Below, piece after piece: positions 30,892-39,516 of a DNA stretch of 64,000 bases. The DNA is from Nannocystis sp. (lineage in GTDB: Bacteria; Myxococcota_A; Polyangia; Nannocystales; Nannocystaceae). Every line of letters starts with the position of its first letter. The stretch's first letter is position 1. A model generated the notes under the pieces. That model was not told where the DNA came from, did not search any database, and was given only the letters and a program-made list of their open reading frames with translations. Location of the stretch: positions 132,669 to 196,668 of the forward strand of contig NZ_JADJNN010000008.1 in the NCBI RefSeq assembly GCF_016714285.1, in the 5' to 3' direction. A program made the translations under genes and the position numbers.

Positions 30892-32208
30892 TCAGCCGGC
30901 GCTGCAGTAGAACTCGACGTCCGCGGCCTTCTCCATCTTGAGCTTGTCGCACGCGGTGCCGCACAGGCGGATGCCGGTGTAGAGGCCCATGCCGTCGTCC
31001 TCGTAGACCCAGCCGTTCTCGGTGTTGCAGTCCATGACGTGGGGGATCTCCATCATGGCGATCTTCACCTTGGTCTCGTCGGGGAAGCCCGGCTGCGACT
31101 CGAGCGGGATGAAGCACGACAGGGCGTCGGCCGCGATCGCGTCGAGGGCGGCCTTGAGCTGGATCTGGTTGACCGCGTTGTAGAACTTCTCGTTCGGGTC
31201 GTCCTTGGGCTTGCCGCCGTCGACCGCGAGCTCATTGAGCTTCTGGTAGGTGTTGGTGGCGTTGGGGTTGCCGTCCTGGGCGTTGTCGCTGACGACGTCC
31301 TTGGTGTCGATGCCGACGACGTAGGTCGCGATGTTGTCGTTGGCCAGGGCGTTCTGGACGATGGTGTGCAGGTTCTGGTCGTAGCTCTCGAACAGCGGCG
31401 GGGGCTGGGCCCCCATCGCGCAGTTGGCCGCGCCGTCGGTGACGAGCAAGATCGCGGCGGGCACCTGCGGGTCGAGGGTCTTGAGGTGGTTGAGCGCCGC
31501 GGTGATGCCGGACGCGGTCGGCGTGCCGCCCTTGAGCAAGGTGTCGCCGGCCTGCGGGATGCCGTTGAGGATCGCGTCCTTGTTCTTCGCCGCGACCGGG
31601 ATCTCGACGTTGGCGTTGACGACGCAGGCGGAGGCGTCGTACTTCTGCTGGGCGGCGGTCGACGGGAACAGGTTGGCGCCGAAGTTGATCGAGTCGTTGT
31701 AGTCGGTGACGACCAGCTGAACGACCTGGTAGAGGCTGTTCCAGCGGGTGATCTTCGGCGTGTTGGGGTCGGCGTCGTGGTCCCACAGACCGGACGGGTT
31801 GGCGACCATCGAGCCCGACTTGTCGAGCACGAGCATGATGTTCGGCGGGATCGGCATGAGCGTGGCCTTGATCTCCTCGCAGGGCGGACCCCCGGTGCTC
31901 GAGCCGCTCGGATCGGTGGTTGCGGTCAGCTCGGTGGTGCTACCGACCGGGCTCGTCGTGCTCGCGTCGGTGGTGGGCGTGTCGGTGGTGGCCGTGTCGG
32001 TGGCGCCGCCGCTGCCGCCGGTGGCATCGGTGGCGCTGCCAGTGGGGGCGGCCTCGGTCGTGTCCCCGGTGGTCAGGGGCACCGTGGTCAGCGAGGTCGC
32101 GGTCTGGGTGGTCGTCTGGGACTCGGTGCCGGACCCGTTGTCGCCGCACGCCAGGGTTAGAAGAGAGGTCGCAAGGATCAGGGAAACCGACGCGATTCGC
32201 ATGGCCAT
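30892..32208 (-). CDS. Secreted lipoprotein with a von Willebrand factor A (vWA) domain
   Basis: It starts MAMRIASVSLILATSLLTLACGDNG with a lipobox, followed by a Thr-rich linker. The MIDAS motif is VLDKSGSM, with LLVTDGAAN downstream. Its C-terminus (Cys pairs) is homologous to that of the 62444..63739 protein. Confidence 0.75.
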   Translation of the reverse strand: MAMRIASVSLILATSLLTLACGDNGSGTESQTTTQTATSLTTVPLTTGDTTEAAPTGSATDATGGSGGATDTATTDTPTTDASTTSPVGSTTELTATTDPSGSSTGGPPCEEIKATLMPIPPNIMLVLDKSGSMVANPSGLWDHDADPNTPKITRWNSLYQVVQLVVTDYNDSINFGANLFPSTAAQQKYDASACVVNANVEIPVAAKNKDAILNGIPQAGDTLLKGGTPTASGITAALNHLKTLDPQVPAAILLVTDGAANCAMGAQPPPLFESYDQNLHTIVQNALANDNIATYVVGIDTKDVVSDNAQDGNPNATNTYQKLNELAVDGGKPKDDPNEKFYNAVNQIQLKAALDAIAADALSCFIPLESQPGFPDETKVKIAMMEIPHVMDCNTENGWVYEDDGMGLYTGIRLCGTACDKLKMEKAADVEFYCSAG

Positions 32209-32350
32209 ACTCCGTAAAGCTCGTGTCTGTAGAACCCCGCGACTATACAGCACCGCTATCGCCGCGGCGGGCCAAAGTTCGGCCCCAGAACGCCGCTGTG
32301 CGGGGTCGCTGTGGCCGCCGCTGCGGCCCTCGCATCGCGGTGACGGGACT

Positions 32351-32806
32351 TCAGCTCGGTGCGGCCGAGGTGTGATCGTGGACGATGCGCCAGCCCGCGT
32401 CGGTGCGCAATAATGCCAGGCTGAAGACCCCTCCACGGGTCTCGTGCGAGGGCTCGAGTGTGAGGCGCCAGCGGCCGAGGACGACGGCGCCGCCCGGGCC
32501 GAGGGCGCGGACGTCGAGGATCGCGAACTCGAGCCGGCCCATCGTCTGTCGGTCCGCGCCGTAGCGGGCCTGGTAGCGGGCCCGCGTCTCGGCGAGGCCG
32601 CGACGGATCTGGCCGCCCGAGGTGAACACGAGATCGGGGCCCGGATCGTAGCCGCGCAAGAAGCCCTCGAGATCGCCGCGGTTCCACGCGTCCTGCTGCG
32701 CGCGCAACAACTCGAGGATCGCGGCCCGGTCGCGTTGCCAGTCGGACCCTCGCGTGGCGTGGGCGCAGGCCAGGCCTGCGGCGAGCACGAACGCGAGGCC
32801 TCGCAT
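32351..32806 (-). CDS. Secreted NTF2-like (SnoaL/DUF4440-like) protein
   Basis: MRGLAFVLAAGLACAHA is a signal peptide, and the 150-aa alpha+beta composition is typical of NTF2-like proteins. Confidence 0.55.
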   Translation of the reverse strand: MRGLAFVLAAGLACAHATRGSDWQRDRAAILELLRAQQDAWNRGDLEGFLRGYDPGPDLVFTSGGQIRRGLAETRARYQARYGADRQTMGRLEFAILDVRALGPGGAVVLGRWRLTLEPSHETRGGVFSLALLRTDAGWRIVHDHTSAAPS

Positions 32807-32928
32807 GGCCGGCGAGGATACCGCCTGGGCGGCCGAATGCCGGGGTCTGTGCCGAGGTGTGCTGCATGTCACACGCGCGGAGACAGGCTGCGGGGGCCCT
32901 CCTACCCTGGTATAGCTAGGTCCCCGCG

Positions 32929-35613
32929 ATGGCTGTGCCGCTCGCTACACGGATCCTCTCTCGCATCGTCGCGGTGCCGCTGCAGCGGCCCCTGTTGGTG
33001 CTCACGGTTTCGGGCGTGCTGGTCGCTGTCGCGGCTTACATCGCCTCGGGGCTCGGGGTCAGCACCTCGCGCTTCGGGCTGGTGTCGGCCGAGAACCCGG
33101 ACCAGGCGCGGATGCTCCGCTTCTATGAGCGCTTCGGCAATCCGGACGCGCCGGTGCTGTTGATCTCGGGCGGCACGCCGGAGCAGCGGCAGGCGCTGAT
33201 CGATCCGCTGACGACGCGGCTCGAGCAAGATCCAGGGCTCGCGGGTCGCGTGCTCGCGCGGGTCGGCCCGGAGGAGGTCGCCGAGGTGCTGTTGCTGCAG
33301 CAGCCCGAGGCGTTGGCCGAGGTCGCAGCGGGACTGCCGAAAGGGTTGCCGCTCGCCGATCTGATCGAGGGCGGCGCGCCGGCGTGGTTCGCGGCGATCG
33401 AGCAGCAGATCCAGGCCGGGCTCGACGGCAGCGCGCCGGCGCAGGCGCCCGCGAAGGTGGCCGAGGGCCTGCGCGGGCTGGTGAGCATGGCGAGCAGCTT
33501 CGACGCCTATCTCGCTGGCGAGGACGTCATGGCTCGCCTCGCGGGCCAGGCCCCGGCGGTGCGCGGCCGGGACGCGCGCGGCTACCTGACCACCGTCGAC
33601 GGCGAGCACCACGTCGTCACCATGTTCCCGCGCTTCGCCGGCGACGAGGTCTCGGACGTGGCGCCGACGGTGCAGCGCATCGAGGCGATCAAGACCGAGG
33701 TGTTGGCGGAGGCGCCGGCGGGCGTGACGATCAAGCTCACGGGTCTGCCGGCGATGATCGTCGACGAGCAGAAGATGTTGCAGCGGGGCATGCTCAAGTC
33801 GAGCGTCGCGTCGGCGCTGGCGATCGTGCTGCTGTGCCTGGTGATGCTGCGTTCGTTGCGGCAGATGTTCATCGCCCAGGTGCCGCTCATCTACGGCGTG
33901 GCGCTGACGCTGGCCTACGTGCGCCTGGCGTACAGCAACCTGAACCTGATCACCTCGAGCTTCGTCGCGGTGCTGCTCGGGCTCGGCATCGATTTCGCGG
34001 TCCACGTGATCTACCGCTTCAACGAGGAGCGCCGGGCCGGGGCCGACAATCGCGCGGCGATCGAGGCCTCGGTGGTCCAGACCGGACCGGCGATCGTGGT
34101 CGGCGCGCTGGTCACCGCGGTCGCGTTCCTGTCGACGCTGCTCACCGAATTCACCGCCTACGCGGAGCTCGGCCTCATCACCGTGATCGGCCTGGTGTGC
34201 ATGGTCCTGACCTCGCTGCTGGTGCTGCCGGCGCTGCTGCTGCGCCGCGCCGGTATGGGCGTCGCCAAGGTGCAGAAGGAGCCGCCGGGCTTCGCGGCGC
34301 TGACCCGCTTCATCGCCAGGTTCCGCGTTCCGCTGCTCCTGCTCGGCCTGGCCGGCGGGGTCGCGGGGGCGATCGGGCTGCCGCGGATCGGCTTCAACTC
34401 GCGCTACTTCGACTTCCTGCCGCCGGGCACCGAGAGCGCCCAGGCGATCGACGTGCTCGAGCACGACCCGCTGATGAGCCCGGTCTACGCCGAAGTGACG
34501 GCGCCCGACGTCGCCACGGCGCAGGCGATGGCGACCCGGCTGCGGGCCCTGCCGGAGGTCGGCGGCGTGCAGACGGCGAGCGACCTGCTGCCGGTGCTCG
34601 ACGAGGCCCGACTCAAGGCCCTGCGCGGCGGCCTCGCGGCGCTCGACCGGGCGCCCGACTTCGCCAAGCTGGCGGCCGTACGGACCACGCCGGAGCAGCT
34701 CGCGCCGAAGGTCGGCGCCATCGTCGACGCGCTCGACGAGGTCCGCTTCGGGGTCGACCAGGCTGGGCAGCCGACCGCCGACGTCGACGCCGCGATCGCG
34801 GCGTTCCGCGGGCTCAAGCAGCGGCTCACGTCGCTCGACGAGGCCGGCAAGCAGCGGCTCGCCGACGTCGGTCCGCGGCTCGCCGGGCCGCTCGGACGGG
34901 CGGTGACGACGGCCCGCGCGGTCGCCGAGCGCGGCAGCTACGCCGCCTCGGACCTGCCGCTGCTGTTCCGCGAGCGCTTCGTCGCCCGCGACGGCTCGGC
35001 GCTGGCGCTCTACGTGATCCCGTCGGGCTCGGCCTGGGACGGCGCGAACGGCCGGGCCTTCCACGCGGCGGTCGCCGCCGTGGACCCCGACGTGTCGGGC
35101 CTGGCGATCAACATCAACTTGCACGAGACGATGATCGTCACCGGCTTCCGCCAGGCGGCCGGACTGTCGGCGGTGCTCATCTTCCTCATCGTCGTGGTCC
35201 AGCTCCGCGGCCTGCGCGACGCGGCGCTGGCCCTGATGCCGACCGCGCTCGGCTGGCTGTGGATGCTCGGCGTGATGGCGGCGATCGGGCTCAACTTCAA
35301 CGTCGCCAACATCGTCGCGCTGCCGCTGGTGATCGGCATCGGCACGGCCTTCGGCGTGCACCTGATGAACCGCGCGCAGGGCAGCGCCGCGGCCCACGGG
35401 GTCGCTCGCCTCGAGGATCTGATCCGCGGGACCGGCGGGGCCGTGGTGCTCTCGGCGCTGACGACGATCGCCAGCTTCGCCGCGCTGATGCTCGGCGACT
35501 ACGGCGGGCAGAGCCTGTTCGGCCTGACGATGGTCATCGGCATCAGCGCCTGCCTGCTCGCCAGCCTCATCGTCCTGCCGGCCCTGCTCGCGGTGCTCGG
35601 GCGCGCGAAGTGA
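32929..35613 (+). CDS. RND-superfamily MMPL-type transporter
   Basis: The 894-aa protein has two 6-TM bundles separated by large periplasmic loops, the MMPL topology. Confidence 0.85.
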   Translation: MAVPLATRILSRIVAVPLQRPLLVLTVSGVLVAVAAYIASGLGVSTSRFGLVSAENPDQARMLRFYERFGNPDAPVLLISGGTPEQRQALIDPLTTRLEQDPGLAGRVLARVGPEEVAEVLLLQQPEALAEVAAGLPKGLPLADLIEGGAPAWFAAIEQQIQAGLDGSAPAQAPAKVAEGLRGLVSMASSFDAYLAGEDVMARLAGQAPAVRGRDARGYLTTVDGEHHVVTMFPRFAGDEVSDVAPTVQRIEAIKTEVLAEAPAGVTIKLTGLPAMIVDEQKMLQRGMLKSSVASALAIVLLCLVMLRSLRQMFIAQVPLIYGVALTLAYVRLAYSNLNLITSSFVAVLLGLGIDFAVHVIYRFNEERRAGADNRAAIEASVVQTGPAIVVGALVTAVAFLSTLLTEFTAYAELGLITVIGLVCMVLTSLLVLPALLLRRAGMGVAKVQKEPPGFAALTRFIARFRVPLLLLGLAGGVAGAIGLPRIGFNSRYFDFLPPGTESAQAIDVLEHDPLMSPVYAEVTAPDVATAQAMATRLRALPEVGGVQTASDLLPVLDEARLKALRGGLAALDRAPDFAKLAAVRTTPEQLAPKVGAIVDALDEVRFGVDQAGQPTADVDAAIAAFRGLKQRLTSLDEAGKQRLADVGPRLAGPLGRAVTTARAVAERGSYAASDLPLLFRERFVARDGSALALYVIPSGSAWDGANGRAFHAAVAAVDPDVSGLAININLHETMIVTGFRQAAGLSAVLIFLIVVVQLRGLRDAALALMPTALGWLWMLGVMAAIGLNFNVANIVALPLVIGIGTAFGVHLMNRAQGSAAAHGVARLEDLIRGTGGAVVLSALTTIASFAALMLGDYGGQSLFGLTMVIGISACLLASLIVLPALLAVLGRAK

Positions 35614-35620
35614 GGCGGGC

Positions 35621-36124
35621 TCAGGCGCCCAGCAGCTCGCGCGTGGCCGCGATGATGCGATCGATGCTGCCGGCGAGGGTGTGACCGTCGTCGACGAGCT
35701 CGAGGCGGACCTCGGGGTACTCGGCGGCGAAGTCCTCGCTGACCCGCGCCGGCACGACCTCGTCGCCGCGCCCGTGGATGATGATCGTCGGCGCCGGCGG
35801 GTAGAGGCGCATGCGGTCGGCCGGCGGCTCGAAGCGCAGCAGCGCCGGGGCGCACAGCAAGAGGCCGCGGACCCGCCCGCCGGCCTCGACGTGCTGGATC
35901 GCGGCGCACAGCGCCGCGATCCCGCCGTAGCTCGAGCCGACCACGACGGCGTCGTCGTGGGCGCGCAGCACCGGAAGCAGGGTGGCGACCCGGGCCGCGA
36001 GGTCCTGGCCCTGACAGTCCGGTGAGATCGGGGCGAGGCCGGCGGCGAGCAGGGCCTGGTACTTGCGCCCGTGCGGGCTGCTCTCGAGTCCGTGGCAGAA
36101 AATGACAGGCACCTGGACAGGCAT
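35621..36124 (-). CDS. Small alpha/beta hydrolase (esterase, YqiA-like)
   Basis: MPVQVPVIFCHGLESSPHG...VVVGSSYGGIAA...IIIHGRGDEVVP carries the catalytic triad context. The start codon is embedded in the GGACAGG motif. Confidence 0.7.
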   Translation of the reverse strand: MPVQVPVIFCHGLESSPHGRKYQALLAAGLAPISPDCQGQDLAARVATLLPVLRAHDDAVVVGSSYGGIAALCAAIQHVEAGGRVRGLLLCAPALLRFEPPADRMRLYPPAPTIIIHGRGDEVVPARVSEDFAAEYPEVRLELVDDGHTLAGSIDRIIAATRELLGA

Positions 36125-36202
36125 GCGCGCCCCAGTGTGCCGGAGATCGGGCGCGCCGGGTGCTGACCCGCGGGCGCCGGACTTGTTACTGTGGGCGCTG
36201 CG

Positions 36203-38341
36203 ATGGACCCGTCCGAGCCCACGCCCGCGAAGCCGCGGCCCGAGGTCGACCTGCAGGCGACGGGCTACTTCAAGGCGCTGCCGACGAGCTCGCGGGTGGC
36301 GGGGCTGTGGTCGCAGCTGGGCCTGCTGATCGGCGACCGCCTGGCCCTCGTGATCCGCGACGACCACGTGTTCCTCATCCTGATGGCGGCGGTGGTCGGC
36401 GTCACCAGCGGGGCGGCGGCGGGCGCCCTGCTCGCGTGGATCGGCTACGCCTTCGAGCTGTTCCCGCGCGACGAGGGCGGCGACCCGCTGCTGCGCTGGG
36501 CCGTGGTGGTCGGCGTACCCGTGCTCGGCGGGCTGCTCGCGGGCGGGCTGCACTTGCTGCTGCGCCGGGTGATCCGCCAGCCGACGGTGCTCGGGATCCC
36601 GGCGGTGATCGAGGCGATCGCCCGCGGCGGCGGTCGCATCGGCGGGCGCCAGGCGGTGGTCGTGGGGGTCGGCACCGGCATCACGATCGGCAGCGGTGGA
36701 TCGTGCGGGCACGAGGGGCCCTCGGTCGCGATCGGGGCCGCGGTCGGATCGGTGCTGGCGCGCTTCTTCGGCCTGCGGATGCGCTGGCACCTGTCGATGG
36801 TCGGGGCCGGCTGCGCGGGCGGCCTGGCGGCGGCCTTCAACGCGCCGCTGGCGGGGGTCATCTTCACCGTCGAGATCGTGTTCGGCGGGGCGATCGGCGG
36901 CAACGTGGGCACGATGTCGGTGTTCGTGCCGCTGATCGTCGCGGCGGTCGCGGGGACCCTGACCTCGCACGCGATCCGCGGCGAGCACCTGACCTTCCAC
37001 GCGGTCCAGCACGGCGACGGCATGCTCGCCGAGATGCTGTTCTTCGTGGCCCTCGCGGCGATCGCCGGGGTGGTCGGCACGGCCTTCGGGCGGGCCATGA
37101 TCGTGACCACCCGCTGGTTCGATCAGCTGCGCGCGCCGCTGTGGGTCAAGCCGGCGATCGGTGCGCTCGGCGTCGGCTTGCTGGCGGCGCTGGTGTCGAA
37201 CGAGCTGCTCGGCGCGGGCCACTCGACGCTGGCGCGCGCGCTCGACGGCAGCCTCGGCTGGAAGCTGGCGCTGACCCTCGGCGGGCTCAAGCTGGTGACC
37301 ACCGCGATGACGGTCGGCAGCGGCGGCTTCGGCGGGGTGTTCATGCCGTCGCTGTACGTGGGGGCGTGCCTGGGCACGGTGGTCGCGGTGATCGCCGAGG
37401 CGGCGCTGGGGCCCGGGGTCGAGAGCGCGGGGGTCTACGCGCTGGTCGGGATGGGGGCGATCTTCGCGGCGACGATGCACGCGCCGCTGACCCCGATCGT
37501 GATGATCTTCGAGCTGACGCAGGACTACGCGGTGATCCTGCCGCTGATGTTGGGCTGCATCCTGGCGGTGTTCGTGGCCCGCCGGACCTACCCGCTCAGC
37601 TTCTTCAAGGACACGCTGCGCAGCCGCGGGGTGATCCTCGGGCACGAGGCGGAGGTCGAGGTGATGAAGCGCGGCCACGTCGCCGACCTGATGCTGCCGG
37701 CCCCGGCCGTGCTCGCGTCGGCGGCCGACCTCGAGACGATCCGCAAGGCCAGCCTCGAGGCCGACATGCGCGCGACCTTCGTGGTCGACGACGGCGGCGC
37801 GGTGATCGGCTTCATCAACGGCAACCAGCTGGCGCGCCGCATGCTGACCGGCGAGCTGCACGCGGGCTCGACCGCGATCGACGTGATGGGCACCGCCGGC
37901 CTGCCGTACCTGTACACCAGCGACACCCTCGCCGGCGCCATGCTGGCCTCGGCTCGCTCGGGCATGGAGGTGCTGCCGGTGGTCGACGACGAGCGCCACC
38001 TGCTCGGCGTGCTGCGGCGCGGCGACCTGCTCGCGCACTACAGCGACAAGGTGCTCGGCGAGCAAGAGGAGGCGGTGCACCTGCACGGCGAGGGCGCGCC
38101 GGGCCACGAGGTCGGGCTCGGCAAGGGCATCATCCTCGAGCACCTGGTGGTCAGCCGGCGCTGGGCCGGGCGCAGCCTCGCGGCGCTCGACCTGCGCGGC
38201 GAGACCGGGGTCACCGTGCTCGAGTGGTTGCGTGGCGACGCGGTGCTGCCGGTCGACCCGAACGCGGCGCTGCGCGAGGGCGACGTGCTCGCGGCGGTGG
38301 GGACGCGCGAGCAATTTCTCAAGGCGCGGCGGCTGCGGTGA
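36203..38341 (+). CDS. ClC-family chloride channel/transporter with C-terminal CBS pair and TrkA-C domains
   Basis: GSGGSCGHEGPSV is the ClC GxEGP selectivity motif. About 10 TM helices are followed by CBS and RCK_C regions. Confidence 0.85.
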   Translation: MDPSEPTPAKPRPEVDLQATGYFKALPTSSRVAGLWSQLGLLIGDRLALVIRDDHVFLILMAAVVGVTSGAAAGALLAWIGYAFELFPRDEGGDPLLRWAVVVGVPVLGGLLAGGLHLLLRRVIRQPTVLGIPAVIEAIARGGGRIGGRQAVVVGVGTGITIGSGGSCGHEGPSVAIGAAVGSVLARFFGLRMRWHLSMVGAGCAGGLAAAFNAPLAGVIFTVEIVFGGAIGGNVGTMSVFVPLIVAAVAGTLTSHAIRGEHLTFHAVQHGDGMLAEMLFFVALAAIAGVVGTAFGRAMIVTTRWFDQLRAPLWVKPAIGALGVGLLAALVSNELLGAGHSTLARALDGSLGWKLALTLGGLKLVTTAMTVGSGGFGGVFMPSLYVGACLGTVVAVIAEAALGPGVESAGVYALVGMGAIFAATMHAPLTPIVMIFELTQDYAVILPLMLGCILAVFVARRTYPLSFFKDTLRSRGVILGHEAEVEVMKRGHVADLMLPAPAVLASAADLETIRKASLEADMRATFVVDDGGAVIGFINGNQLARRMLTGELHAGSTAIDVMGTAGLPYLYTSDTLAGAMLASARSGMEVLPVVDDERHLLGVLRRGDLLAHYSDKVLGEQEEAVHLHGEGAPGHEVGLGKGIILEHLVVSRRWAGRSLAALDLRGETGVTVLEWLRGDAVLPVDPNAALREGDVLAAVGTREQFLKARRLR

Positions 38342-38345
38342 GGCT

Positions 38346-38975
38346 TCAGCGGGCGCGCGCGCAGCCGAGGAGACCGGGGCGCACGACGATCGGGAGGTCG
38401 AGCGGCTGCTCGCGCAGCTCGCTGACATCGAAGCCCGCGGCGATCAGGTCGGGCCGCGGGTCGCGGGTCGGATCGCAGCCGCCGAGGCACAGCTGCCAGG
38501 CTGGACGGAGCAGGCGCTGAGCCAGGCGCAGCGGGCCGCGGGCGGCGGCGATGTGCTCGGCCAGCAGCAGCGGCGCGCCGGGTCGCAGCAGGCGGCGGGC
38601 CTCGGCCAGCAGCGCCGGGACGCGGCGGGCCGAACACAGCACGAAGGTGATCACGACGGCGTCGAAGGACGCGTCGGGCAGCGGCAGCGGGCGCGCGCCG
38701 GACTGCACGATCACGGTGGAGGGGCGGCCCCATTCGGCCAGGCGGGCGCGAGCGTGGGCGGCGAGGCCCTCGCTCGGCTCGACCGCGACGAGCGAGGTGA
38801 CAGCGGCGGGGTAGTGCGGGAGGTTGGCGCCGGTGCCGAAGCCGATCTCGATCACGCGGCCCGAAGCGGGGGCGAGCAGCTCGCCGCGCAGCGGATCGAC
38901 GCCTCGCATCCCGCGATCGAGGATCCGCGCCAGGAGCTGGCGCTCGTACCACACGCCGAATCGTCCCCGGGCCAT
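38346..38975 (-). CDS. Class I SAM-dependent methyltransferase
   Basis: VIEIGFGTGANL is motif I, and the fold pattern matches Methyltransf_11. Confidence 0.8.
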   Translation of the reverse strand: MARGRFGVWYERQLLARILDRGMRGVDPLRGELLAPASGRVIEIGFGTGANLPHYPAAVTSLVAVEPSEGLAAHARARLAEWGRPSTVIVQSGARPLPLPDASFDAVVITFVLCSARRVPALLAEARRLLRPGAPLLLAEHIAAARGPLRLAQRLLRPAWQLCLGGCDPTRDPRPDLIAAGFDVSELREQPLDLPIVVRPGLLGCARAR

Positions 38976-38989
38976 GCGCGAGGCTACGG

Positions 38990-39304
38990 CTAGGCGCGCG
39001 TGACGTGCAAGGCCGCGGCGCGCAGGCCCACGGCCAGGAGCACGAGGCCGGTGCCGGCGATCGCCCAGTCGAGGCCAGTGGTGCTGCCGGCCGCGCTGCC
39101 GGCCGCGATCGCGGGCAGGAAGCCGAGCAAGGCGAGCGCTCCGCCGAGGCCGGCGCCCACGTGGAGCAGGACGTCGCTCGGTCGGCGCAGGCGAGTGGAG
39201 GGCAGGGCGCCGAAGCGACGGCGCCGGAGCCAGCGCAGGCCGAGCACCAGCGCGGCGATCAGCGCGAGCTGGGCCGCGAGCCAGAGGGCGATGTGACCGA
39301 TCAA
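38990..39304 (-). CDS. Small hydrophobic protein (speculative)
   Basis: The 104-aa ORF has three hydrophobic stretches. The composition is also what GC bias alone would produce. Confidence 0.25.
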   Translation of the reverse strand: MIGHIALWLAAQLALIAALVLGLRWLRRRRFGALPSTRLRRPSDVLLHVGAGLGGALALLGFLPAIAAGSAAGSTTGLDWAIAGTGLVLLAVGLRAAALHVTRA

Positions 39305-39516
39305 CGCGGCGGAGCTGCCAGTCGAGCGCGGGGCGCTGTGGGTCGCACCGACCAGCGCAGCGAGGCCGAGCAGGACGAGCAGGGCGAGCGACAGCCGCAG
39401 CTGACGCAGACGCTCGCGCAGGGCGGCGTGGCTCCCAGGTTGCTGCGCTGCGGCGGTCAGGGCGTGAGCATAACGCCAGGATGGTCAAGCGCGGCCCCCG
39501 GTGGTAAAGCGCGGAC

